Shown here: one piece after another, positions 28,784 through 40,741 of the stretch
How positions within the stretch are numbered: the stretch's first letter is position 1
Layout of the letters: every line of letters starts with the position of its first letter
DNA from: Balanoglossus misakiensis
Taxonomy: Eukaryota; Animalia; Hemichordata
Assembly (NCBI GenBank): GCA_040954595.2
Contig: CM082591.2
Location: 1,229,882-1,293,881 of the forward strand
Length of the DNA: 64,000 nucleotides
Direction: 5' to 3'
The notes under the pieces: generated by a model
The model's input: the letters and a program-made list of their open reading frames with translations, nothing else
What the model was told of the DNA's origin: nothing
Databases searched by the model: none
Program-made: the position numbers and the translations under genes

Positions 28784-31700
28784 TCATAACGGACTCTCAC
28801 TGGCATGACACGGAGGAGTTATTCTTCCGGCAGAGACGGAAACTGACACCACGGAATCAAGACTACCACTTTGGATGTTCTCCTGGGAATCTTTATTTTC
28901 GTTGTTCTTCACGTTCCTCTCGCGGAGAATCATGTCTGCTTTCTTATTGGTGCAACACATCTGTTCAGCACATTTGTCTTTCGCGCACTCCAGCATACAG
29001 TCCGCCTCACCGCTGTCTTCCTGCAAAAGAACAGATTGAGAAGGAAAACGGGTTATTTTTGCGAGCAATAATCATGAAAATAAAATGTCGCGTAAAATGT
29101 TTTGGGAGATAACGATGCAGTTAGTGAAACACAAAAATATCAATCAGATGCACTGGTTTAATCTGTACTGTAAGTATTCCGATGTTTACCTCCTCAAATT
29201 CCGGTTGTATTGTTGTGGAATGGATTCCTTCATTGTGGAAGAATTCCTTGACCTGGCTGGCAATTCTCATGTAGTCTGTCAGGTTCCTACATCGGATGTG
29301 TGCTGAGGCGATAATCTTGTTTCCAGCCAGTCTCCACACATGGAATTCATGCACTGCCAAGACACCATTCACCTGATAAAGAAAGTGATACAATATATTT
29401 ATAATATGGTTAGTCAAATAATGTACATGTAGCTGTGTATATATATGGGGCTTGTTGTATTGTGAATGACCAAGTCACAGCTTTGGCCAATAAACCACAT
29501 AAACCATCCCACAGATGCGAAATATGATGATAGCATACATGGTCCAAACACTGTTTTCACAGAATCAACATAGCATATATACTGTGTGTGTATGTGTGTG
29601 TGGCAAACACATGACTGCTGGTTATGCAAAAACAGCTTCACTTCTGATTTTTGTTCATCATTTTGCATCCATACCTTGCTGATCAGTTTGGTCTGTATGT
29701 CTTCAACTTTGATGTGTGTTGGTACTGTCTGCAGCAGTATCATGCCAGACTCTTTCACTGCAAGCAAAAACATCAATTATTAATTAAAAATAACCTCCAT
29801 CATTTCAATGAGAATCAATTATCACTGACAGGATGTGTTATTGAATTTTATTATAAGATGGCATTTAGAAACAAAAGTCATTTGGACAAACTTGCACAGA
29901 AATATCATGTCTTTTTGCTACACACTGTGTTAGGACATGATTTCAAGATTCATGTAGACGCATGCCACAATCTGCATGTTGTTATCATGGGATTGGGAGT
30001 TGTATACTAGTATATCTGATCTGTACTGTGCTGTACTGTGCTATGCTGTGCTGTACTGTGTTGTGCTGTACTGTTTTGTGCTGTACTGTACTGTGCTGTG
30101 CTCTACTGTACTGTGTTGTGCCCTACTGTGCTGTACTGTGCTATGCTAAACTGTACTGTGTTGTGCTGTAATGTACTGTACTGTACTGTGCTGTATAGCA
30201 AACAATACAATACTCACACAGAGGTATTGTAGTACTAAGTATGATGATCACCATGACGATACTCATAGCAGGGTCCACATAGTATCTCCATTCGCCCTTA
30301 GCAAACCAGATCACCAAAGCGCTTATAACAACGATTACTGAACCCAGCGCATCACCAAGAACGTGCAGGAACACGCCACGCATATTCAGTTGGGCTCCAG
30401 ATGCTGAAAAAAAACGAGACAGTACAAAATAAACTATATGTACAAGCCTTTTCATTCTACTGGTACCAACAGCAACAAAATCGACACTGGAAAACAGTTT
30501 TAGGGATGTCATTTCGAAGCCGGCATGTATGGTTTCACCGGATTTGTATCAAAATTACAATATAGAAGATCTTGTCACAATTTGACTTAGATCAATCAGC
30601 CAACAGAACCTGTATATAGAATATCAAATCTGAATGACCGATGGCTTCTGAGAAGAAATCAACTGGACGGATAAATGACAATCAGTTATCTGATGAGCTT
30701 TGCGTCGCGGACAGCACGGCTAAAAACTGACCTATTTTTGGTGAATCACCATACTCATCTTCACTATCTTCTATCTCTGCATCTATTCCCTGAACAACCA
30801 CCACATCGTTGTATCTCGGACTTGGATTGCTTATACCCTGCAGAGACACAGCTGAATTGTCTTGGATATGCATGTCTGTGATGCTGTCCACGTCAGAAAC
30901 CTCTCCCAAGTCTTTCTCCTCTTCTTGATTCTTCTCTTTGTTGTCATCATGGCTGTGTTTATGTTTGCTGCCACCACTATGACTGTGGCCATGTCCTGCA
31001 TGGCTTTGTTTATGTTTCTTACCACTTTTGCTGTGGCTGTGACCACCACCACCATGGCTATGACCATGCCCACCATGACTGTGCCCTGGAAACCAACAAG
31101 ACTACAACATTCAGGTACAAGTAATTCTGTGTTTTATTTGAAATGATATGATCTCACTAGATTTTTCTGTCAATTTCTTCATCAATCATTGAACTGACAG
31201 GTGAAAGACAACCACAGACACAAATTAACATTAACCTCCATCTTTCAATCTGTACATCCCCAGTTCCTTCTTTAGAGGTCCATTCTTACCATAGAAAACA
31301 ATGGGATTGGACTGAACCATTAAGATGTCAATTCAGTATGAATGGCTACAAGACTTACCGTGATGGTGGAACAGTCCAAGTCCAATGAGATTCACCAATA
31401 ACCCAATAGATCCCACAATAAGAATCAGTTGAGGATTTTGGATTTCCTCCAACTCTATAAGTCTCTTGGCCGACTCCACCAGGATTGAGAAGCATAGGGC
31501 AACCAGAAAGACAGCGTTGACCAGGGCACCCAAGACTTCCGCTCTGATCCAGCCAAATGTGTTCTTTGACGTCTGCTTCTTGGCTATCTGGTATTTGACA
31601 AAAAGAATGATATATTTTTACAACAAATACTCCTTACACATATGCTTTCCAGCTGAACAATTAGATAAACCCTAGGCCTTCTAGTTTTCTCAAAACCCAC

Positions 31701-32184
31701 AAAAAGTTGAGATCTGTTGACTTTCACTGGCTTTTTTATTCAGGTCAAATTTTGAAGAACATCAACCTTCCCATAGTCTTGATCGACCCCATTCCTTGCA
31801 AACACTGTTTCTCCGCACACAGGCATGCATGTGGTCATAAAACACACATTTTATGATCTTGGCATTTTCTGTTGACCTGAAACACACTAGAACATTCTCT
31901 CAGTGTTGAACTGGAAACAAATGGAGAATTCTGTAACTGGTCAAAGTAAAAAAAAAAACATTCTTAGGTTCAGAACTATCAAAGTTAGGCAAGAATTCTA
32001 GACTTACCCTAACTGCTAAGAATCCCACCAACAGTGACACTATATCCGATAACATGTGAAAAGAATCAGCAACTAAAGCCATCGAGTTCGTCACATAGCC
32101 CACGATGATTTCAATGAGAAAGTATGAAGACGTCAACATCAGCATGAAAGACAGCCGACATGTTTTCCCTGAGTAACGACCCAT
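28784..32184 (-). CDS. SLC30A1: Zinc transporter ZnT1 (SLC30A1/10 family), canonical copy A, 482 aa
   Basis: Exons 32008-32184, 31359-31587, 30732-31085, 30218-30403, 29675-29757, 29190-29372, 28784-29020 (1449 nt, in frame). Motifs: MGRYSGKTCRL, ADSFHMLSD, NTFGWIRAEVLGALVNAVFL, a (GHSH)-rich loop, NMRGVFLHVLGDALGS, LLQTVP, VHEFHVWRLAG, EGIHSTTIQPEF and a Cys-rich tail. The non-coding first exon has a donor at 33138/33137. Confidence 0.95.
30022..30196. repeat. (TACTG/TGCTG)n pentanucleotide microsatellite, intron 4 of ZnT copy A
   Basis: Imperfect pentamer array; it explains the Cys-rich spurious ORFs at 29962-30232. Confidence 0.9.
31259..31321. mobile_element. Internal fragment of the piggyBac-type MITE (TIRs lost)
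   Basis: cccagttccttctttagaggtcc...accatagaaaacaatgggattggactgaaccat matches the interior of 62578-62661. Confidence 0.7.
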
Positions 32185-33269
32185 TCTTTATCTGGAATAA
32201 AAAAAATCAACAACTATTTGATGCTGGTACATACAGGATATTGATGTCTTGAACTTTTCTTGCTGATGGCAATAATCATTCCAGATAATTCTGTTTCTGA
32301 GTCGAAAATACATATATTCAGTCATATGACCACGTACGAATAAAGGTTCTATGTCGTAAACCATACATGCACCTCTGGAACTTTGAGTTTTATAACCTTT
32401 TTTACCACCTTCCATCATTAAATATTCATGTACGTATAACGTGATAAATTCTCAGGCTGTGCCATGAAACGAACGGGAATTGACTAAATTTATAATACAT
32501 GTATATAAATGTTCTTAATTATTTTTATTTTAATGAAACCTAGATTTGCAGAACAGGTCATATTCATAAGTACCATTAACATTAATTATTTAGTCCGCAC
32601 AGTGCAATCTGATCTTGCTGTGCTAATTAGTATATTGCAGGATGATATTTCATTGTGTGCAATGTGTCAATGACCTTTTCTGTGAACAATACACTGGGTG
32701 TAAATTAAAACAAAACAGCTGATGTCCACGTGCTGTATGTCGTCGTCATGATTGGCAGATAAGTTCCTTTGTCTGGTCGACCAATTACAGAATGTCCTTG
32801 GTGGCAAAAGACGAGAAATTTCCCTCAAGCCCAGCTGTGTCGACCTTGGTTTAGATTCTTGATCTTGATCATCGCGTTCCACGGCTTCATCGAATATACG
32901 AGAGACTTGCTATGAATCGCTCTTTTTCTATCTTTATCGAACGTAACATCGCCCAAGGATGTTTAAGTATATGTCGACACAAAATTATCCATGAAACTGA
33001 TCATGAATCTACATGACTACGGCGAATCGATTTCATAGGGCGGGCGTAAATATTGTCTGACACCGGCTGCGATATCATCGGTTATTCGACCAAATTATTG
33101 AGATCGGTATAACAGACGAGTGTGAAATGACACTTACCCGTCTACAGGAACCCGTATTTTTATCAGATCGGCGTAATTCCTCGTTTTCTTCACAGTTTTT
33201 CAACGCCCTTCTTTGTCGTGAAACAGAATTGTCAAGAAAATGACACTTTTTGCAACCGAACCGAAAATT

Positions 33270-33301
33270 TGCACTCCGCACTCATCCAAATCTGCACTCG
33301 G
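33270..33301. promoter_or_regulatory. Tandem metal-response elements (MTF-1 sites) in the ZnT1 copy A promoter
   Basis: TGCACTC(CG) at 33270-33276 and TGCACTC(GG) at 33293-33299 match the MRE core TGCRCNC. A near-match CGCACTC lies at 33277-33283. They sit just upstream of the first exon, whose donor is at 33138. Confidence 0.75.
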
Positions 33302-34159
33302 TACCGTCGTCGATGCTCACGACCACGCGTCATGTCCTATTAAGACGTGGTATCATAGAAAGGTTTTCTGATATTCTCATTCTCAACTAGTTTTCGCTGT
33401 TCTTATCAGTATTCATCTTAAAATGAACAATATTTAACCGGTCCGACTTAATTTTCACGTAAGTACTACAGAACATTCTGCGCATGTGTACAACACGACT
33501 TCCTGTTTATATGAAATGTAAGTACATGTTGAATAAAAGCCAAAATAACTAACACATTGCCCAAACTTATACTCAAAACACTACTTGCTGTATACAGCCA
33601 GCTACTACAGAACATTATTTCGTCGCTACCTTGCAAGTTTTGTATGTACGGGCCGCAAGCTGACCCATGTGTAATGTACATGTATGTTACTTTGAATGCC
33701 TTGTACGTTACTACTGCCCTCTACAAGCAAAAATTAACACCATTACTCTGCAATACATCCTTATTTTTTAATGTCAGTTTTAATAAGATACAAAGTTCGA
33801 AATGTTTACATTGAACTCAAAATACTATGATGCAAATACATAAAAAGATAGTCCTAAATGTTGAAATATTTTCTTGAGTCAGTATCTTTCACTGGGGACA
33901 TAATAAAAATGCGTTTCCTGAAACAGTTCATCAAGTAGCAAAGTCTAACAATAATTTAGCCAACAAACAGACTGGAGACACATGTTGGTTTTCTGTCCAG
34001 ACAACATATCAGATAAGTGTAAAATGAAAGTAACTTTTGATGGAATTGTTCATGTCCACATGTCTGGCTATCAGGCTCTGGGAAACACTGTTGCTGTTGT
34101 CATAGCAATTGGATGGTAGTCATGGCAGCATATGATTCTGTCTTTAAAAATAGTACAGT

Positions 34160-34557
<398 letters not shown>

Positions 34558-34849
34558 TTAATATTTCATGTTGTTAAAAATCTCCAAGAAGTCTGTCAAC
34601 TAATACTGGATTGCAGTAAATGTCTAGTTTTGTCGTACGAACAAAAACATCGAGCTGCGCATTGCAGCTGGTGCATATTTCAATCATGATGATATGAAAC
34701 ATCAGTACTTCCGTGTTACTCACGAGTTCTCAAGAAGTCTGGAGACTTCCCGATCCTCTGTTTCGGTTAAGAGAGACAAAATGACCACTTATGGGTATGT
34801 GTTCACCAAAACTGCTTTTAAAATCACAACTAAACAACTCACGTTACTT

Positions 34850-35263
34850 CAAATCAGCAACAATGCGTCACACGCCGTCCCTCTGTCAGCAATGCATTCG
34901 ACGCTCGTGTAGTAACCGGATGTTACTTGGACTTGTATATTTTGTTTGGAGGGGAGGGTGATATTGCGCGCAAAATCTTACCCGTGAAGAATTTGATTTA
35001 CAACATTTTTCACGGTGTTTCAATGTACTTTGTGCGTATAGTATTTAATTCCGAGGATTTTGCTCGCACGGGAAAAAGCAAACGAGGTTAAATGCGGATG
35101 CATATCCCGACCGTGTCACGACTCAACCTGTGTACGTCTATCAACGAGCTATGGCGTTCTAAGACCCCTCATGTTGCTTGAAATAAGCACATTCTCTGCG
35201 AAGAAGATCAATCGATTTCCATCACTGCGTAGTCTACCAGCAAATCAAGTCCTGAATTTCTTG
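34850..35263. promoter_or_regulatory. Probable bidirectional promoter shared by POLR2L and the tetraspanin
   Basis: CpG-rich stretch with candidate minus-strand donors at ~34723, ~34842 and ~34981 and a plus-strand donor TG|gtaagt at 35263/35264. Confidence 0.5.
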
Positions 35264-38200
35264 GTAAGTTTCTTCCCGAATACTGTATATATATGTTGTT
35301 TTTAGATATCTGTTCACTGCACCAATAATTTAATTTTATTCTGTGATTTGCCTTTGACGTGAAATTTCAACCGCACCCATTTACCTTCGTTGTTCACTTT
35401 CTTCTCCGAAAATGAAAGCAACTCGACGCGCATTCAACTGCGTATGTCTGTGAAATAGACACTATCTAAAGATCTTCCCACCCCTGCTGGTTTGTCTGCA
35501 CTCCACGTTCAGAGCTGAAAGTGTATCTTTATTGATCATCACACTTTCACCGTGATCATCAGCAAATTGAGTTTCTTTATCAGACGCCTAATCTCTAGTC
35601 TAAGTGCAAACTGAGTTGGAGAGGTGGGCGTGGTCTCAGTCCTGAGTAGCGTCCGCTTGTTGTTTTCAGTGCAACTTACACGATATATACCGTATTTTCG
35701 TGCGCACAACCCTGGCATGACCAGGGTTTATTCGCGGTTAATGGACCGCGTGACATAGATAAAGACGCGAAAATATTCGCCACCAATGTATTCTTCCTCG
35801 AATGTGTGTCACACGCAGTTTGATGACATTTTAATAAATCCTGGTAGACTTCAAAATGTATACGACACATCTTTAATTTCAAATTTGAAGAAACAGACAT
35901 TTTTCAATATAAAACAAAATGAAGGTTTTTTCTTCTTTTTTTGCCACATGTTCACATTCATTCTACTGTCACAGTCGTTTAAAAGTCCTGAGGTTACGCC
36001 CAAAAATAACAAAGCTTTTTTGAGTTTGAGTCCCGGCAGGATGTGAATCTGGTGCCGTTTTCACTGCGTATTGCATTTATTGAGAACATTTGGAAGTTAT
36101 CTGAGAGCTGGTTATATCAGCATCACTTGTTTTGTTTTACTTTGGAGCATCAGTACAAAGGAGTGAATATCATTTACTATGAATGACTAATTAACAATGC
36201 TTTAGTTATTGCCACAAACAAAAGCAGTTACCAAGTGTAAATACTGGAAATTCCAGTGGCTGACAGTGTAAGAGGGTGTGTCTCAAATGAACAATATTTC
36301 TTTATACACTAGTATTATAATAGTGGATGACTTTGAATAATACAACACATTTCCCTTTTCTTGCAAAACGTTTTGTTATAATAGTGATAATGAGATTCCC
36401 TATAGAGAAGTGACTTTTGAGTTTCCACACAGCTTTTCAGTGCCTCTGTGTAGTTCAAAAAGGAGAAAAACATGACACAAGCTGCCTACACAAATAAATA
36501 ATGACCATCTCATCATCATCATCAAAAAAAAAGAAACTTGCTGGTCTGTTGTCCAGCAAAAGGCAGTGTTGGATGGAAGAGAAGTAAATAGAAGTCATTT
36601 ATAAAAGGGTGAGGTCAAGGAAGTTTGTTGAAATAAGGTCCAAATGGGATTTTGAGACCACTGATTTTGATGTCAGCAGCGAAAACAGCAACGGAGATCA
36701 TTTGAAGGAAGTTTTGCTGATCCACTGTGATTGCAGGAGTTATAAATAGAAATGGACATCAATCCTTTAGAAGGTCAGTCAACAAGTGAAGGTATTGTAG
36801 AGGTTATTGGCAAGGTTGGAATGTTTTGTTCTGGCAGAGTTGTTCCTCTCACATGATTGGACACACCCACACTTTCCAATGCAAATCGCTTCTGAACTTT
36901 GACCTTACCGTGACAGAAAAAAAGCTACCACTTCAGTACAAACATTTCTTTGTGTCATTATTTGAGGCGACTGTCTTCTTGAGGTAAGTGAGATTATAGG
37001 ACCTGCATTTATCCCATAAAAACATGACAGAGCTGTTTTTTGTTGAAAACTATAGTGTAGGCTAACAGTTGTGTTAAAAACTCAGAAGGTTCTAATTTAT
37101 GATGCACCATTCACTGTACAGTCAGTATTTGAGATAAAAATTCAAAAAAATCAACAGGTAATGGTAGATGTTAATATCCACAAAGCTGTTTCTAGCTGAA
37201 TTTGTGAGTTTGTTGTAATTTGGTGTGCAGAGCAGACACACAAATAGAATATTTCCGTTTGTTTCTTGTACTAAATTTTAGAATTCACTGTTCGGTCCTT
37301 TCAGATTGACATACATGTACATTTGTAGCATATTGCCCCAACGGGCACCCTAACCGCTTACCCTATATCCGAATGGAGAACTGCAACTCAGTCTCAACCT
37401 CGTGATGTTGACTCACACTATGCCATGTATAGATTTTCTCAGGTCATGTCAATACTTTTCATGTATTTGTATAAAAGGTCACAGCTTTCAAACTGTTCAT
37501 GTTTACATTGAGCTCATAAAATAGCTATAAAGTCTGTTCCATATTGAAAGCTGAAGTAACATATCAGTATGAATAGAATATGTGAAAAGCTCATAAATTC
37601 TTAGTATTATTCATGAACTCGATCTCCTTCATATTTTAACAAGGAGAAAATAAAATGAATATGTAAATTCTCAGGGATGATTTTCATTAAGTGTAAAAAT
37701 TGATTTATACAGTAATGATTTATAGAGTTGTCCTGTTGGTCACGTATATGACATATGGAATACAGGCATGAATTGTCGTCTATTGCAAGTTAGATTCGAA
37801 TGAAGAGCATAGACATTAACGTCCACTTGTTCTCCGGAAGATGTCTCATGTTTCTGTGGGAAAAATACAAGGTCATTATGGATCAAATGCTTTGGTAAGA
37901 ATGTTCTTGAGGTCAGGAAGATGTAGTCCTTGTGGCCAAGAACAAACAAATGTCAGTTATATGTTTAAATAACTAAAATCTATAACAGCAAGGTCACAAA
38001 TGTGAGACAAGGACAGTTATTATGACTGGAATTCCTGCTATGTTAAATGACATTACTTTGCTGTATGCATGCCATATGCAACAAATTCTTTCTCAGTAAT
38101 TGTATTTTACAAAATTTTATTTCCTGAAAATAAGGAGCAGATATGAATTATTGAATTACAATAAAATTGACTTGTCAGAAAATTATTGTAATAATTACTG

Positions 38201-38707
38201 CATCCAGATTTGGGTTTACTATAATTTATAAAATGCCAAGTGGTGCTAGAATTCACGGGTGAATAAGTTTATATGGTACATGCAGCATACCTGTTTCTTT
38301 GCTTGAGCAAACTTTACTGTTGTGGCTTTGTGGAATTTGTGAAGTGGTGTGGCTTCTCATAAATTAGGTGGATTTGATCTCAGCTTCCAAAACAACAGTC
38401 AGCAATGTCTCAAGGTTGCTGTTTGCAGTCCTGCTATTTCGTTTTTGCTATGGTCCAGTATCCAACTGGGTTGCATGAAGTGTGTGTGTATGACAGGGTA
38501 ATTCCAGAAGCTGAATTCAAAATGAAAATATCTAAATATTTCAAAAACTCAAACAGCTGGATAGTACTTGTATTCACTGTTTCAGACTATCAAAATTCAA
38601 AACAATTGACATAACTGCAGTTAAAATAAGGTCATGTATATACCAAAACAGCAACATTATACACATGTTTATTTTGTTTCCAGTGGAAAGTTGAATAAAC
38701 CGGCAAG

Positions 38708-40741
38708 ATGGTTGAAGGTTGTGCAAAAGTGGTGAAGATGATAGTCTTCTTTTTCAATTTGCTGTTCTGGGTAAGTTCATTAAAACCCTTATCTTGCTGA
38801 ACCGGTTGAAACTAGACAGATTTGATTTATATCACCCTCATCCTGTATGTGAAGCTATGATATTACTGAACCTGGTTAGAAGAATGAATGAATTACATTC
38901 TGGCAACAACAGTGCAGGTAGTGATGCCTTGCATTTCGAAAATAGTAAGCACACCCTGCCCCACGTGTGGTACCCACCAAATATCAATCTGTAAGTCGAA
39001 ATTGGTAGAAGTCGCTCGCTCAAGACAAATGTTTCTGATGCCATCAGGTTTATAGTTATTGTAATTGACTATGATTATGACAAACATGTCTCATTTTGTT
39101 GACAGATAATCGGTCTAGCCATCATGGCTATCGGTATCTGGGTTCGTGTCTCTAAGGGAGACTATGGCACTCTGGTGACTAGTGTACCTCTGGCATCAGC
39201 CGCCAATCTCATCATTGCTGTTGGCATCATAGTGATGGTGGTTGCATTTGTTGGTTGTCTTGGTGCATGGAAGGAAAATAAGTGTCTCTTGATGACAGTA
39301 AGTATCTTATGGCCAGAGAAAGTGGCCAAAGGTTTATGTATATAGGGGATATCAAGTCATTATCATTAGACTTGCCTCGGTGCAAGTATAGAACACATAA
39401 ACTCATGTTGTAAATATAAAATATTAATTCCCAGAGCAGCAAGTTGTAGATGGTATATCCTGTTGTGAGTTGTGCAATTTTCAGGCCATAAATGGCATAG
39501 AAAAATAAGAATATGCAACCTAGCGGATACAATTTTGTAACTCTGCTTTAATAGATGGAATTTGTGTATTCCTACAGAATTTTATGACATTTTTTGACAC
39601 AAAACAATTTTTATAATTGCAGTTCTTCATTCTGTTGCTTATCATCTTCGTCTTGGAAATTGTCGCTGGTGTCCTTGGCTACATCTACAAAGACAAGGTG
39701 AGATAATCAGGTCATTTGGATTTGTATCTCTTCCTTCAGTCCAGGTAACATAAATGAACACATACCCAGCTATTTTGGCTCTTTTTTTGCAGGTTGAAAA
39801 GTTTATTGTGTCTGACATGATGAAAGGATTGTCCAACTATGACCAAGATGGCCAGGAAGGATTTACAGGTACCTGGGATAGACTTCAAAATGAGGTACGT
39901 CCGCTCTAGTGAAAATCTTTCAATGCATTGAAATCTCTGTTTCTTTAAATTTATCTAATTTTAGATTGTAACCCTTTAGTCTGTTCCTTTCAGTTTTAAA
40001 CACTAACGTCACTAATCTTTTTGTGATTATAATATGTATCTCACTAATGTCTTTGTGGTTCTTGTTCATTTACAAAATCTCAGGAAAATTGCTGTGGTGT
40101 TAGCAACCATACTGACTGGTGGGAGGCTTTCCCAACATGGACAGATCAACGTCTGCCGGATTCTTGTTGCAAGACTTTCCATGACGGCTGTGGAATGCTG
40201 TACAATACCACACAAAGTGATTTCAACACGGATGTAAGTATCCAAGTTACAGTCTTACTTACTTATCCCTTTCACCCCTCCTTTCCCTGTGTATAGGTCC
40301 AACTATACCACATAAACAATGAATTTTGACCAAACCATTGTGGTAAAAGGGTTACATCTGTCCTTCTGTATGCCAGATTCTTGCATTTAGAAGATATTTA
40401 TTTTTGATTCGACAGGGTTGTGCAGATAAATTAGAGAAATTGCTGGCTGATAACCTGTACCTGATTGGTGGAGTTGGAATCGCTATTGCTGTCATTCAGG
40501 TTAGTTAACCAATCAGAAGATCCCTTTAAAGTTGTTCAGGAAAAGAGTGAGCAAGGCATACTCCTTTGCGTTCTTGCAAATCTGTATGTGGAATTGTTTA
40601 AATAATTTTACGAATTCTAAACCAGTTGTTACTTATGATCATTCAACCTTGTTTTATTTTTACTCTTCTTTTCAGCTCCTGGGGATGATCTTTGCTCTCT
40701 TCCTCTTCTGTGAAGTTAGAAAAGAAGGAAAATATGCTTAA
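38708..40741 (+). CDS. Tetraspanin of the TSPAN4/TSPAN9/CD53 group, 243 aa
   Basis: Exons 38708-38770, 39106-39297, 39623-39697, 39793-39894, 40084-40233, 40416-40499, 40676-40741 (732 nt, all phase 0). Motifs: FFFNLLFW, SAANLII, GCLGAWKENKCLL, CCG, PDSCC, GC before TM4 and a tail EGKYA. Confidence 0.93.
40263..40355. mobile_element. piggyBac-type MITE (~85 bp), diverged copy in tetraspanin intron 5
   Basis: TTAT-CCCTTTCACC...GGTAAAAGGG-TTAC; the interior is similar to the other copies. Confidence 0.7.

Noticed and set aside
28645-29112. 155-aa plus-strand ORF
   Set aside because: It is an antisense shadow of the last ZnT1 exon and has no motif.
29962-30232. Cys-rich ORFs resembling a metallothionein inside the zinc transporter gene
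   Set aside because: They arise from the (TACTG/TGCTG)n pentamer microsatellite; there is no Lys/Ser/Gly spacing typical of metallothioneins and no gene structure.
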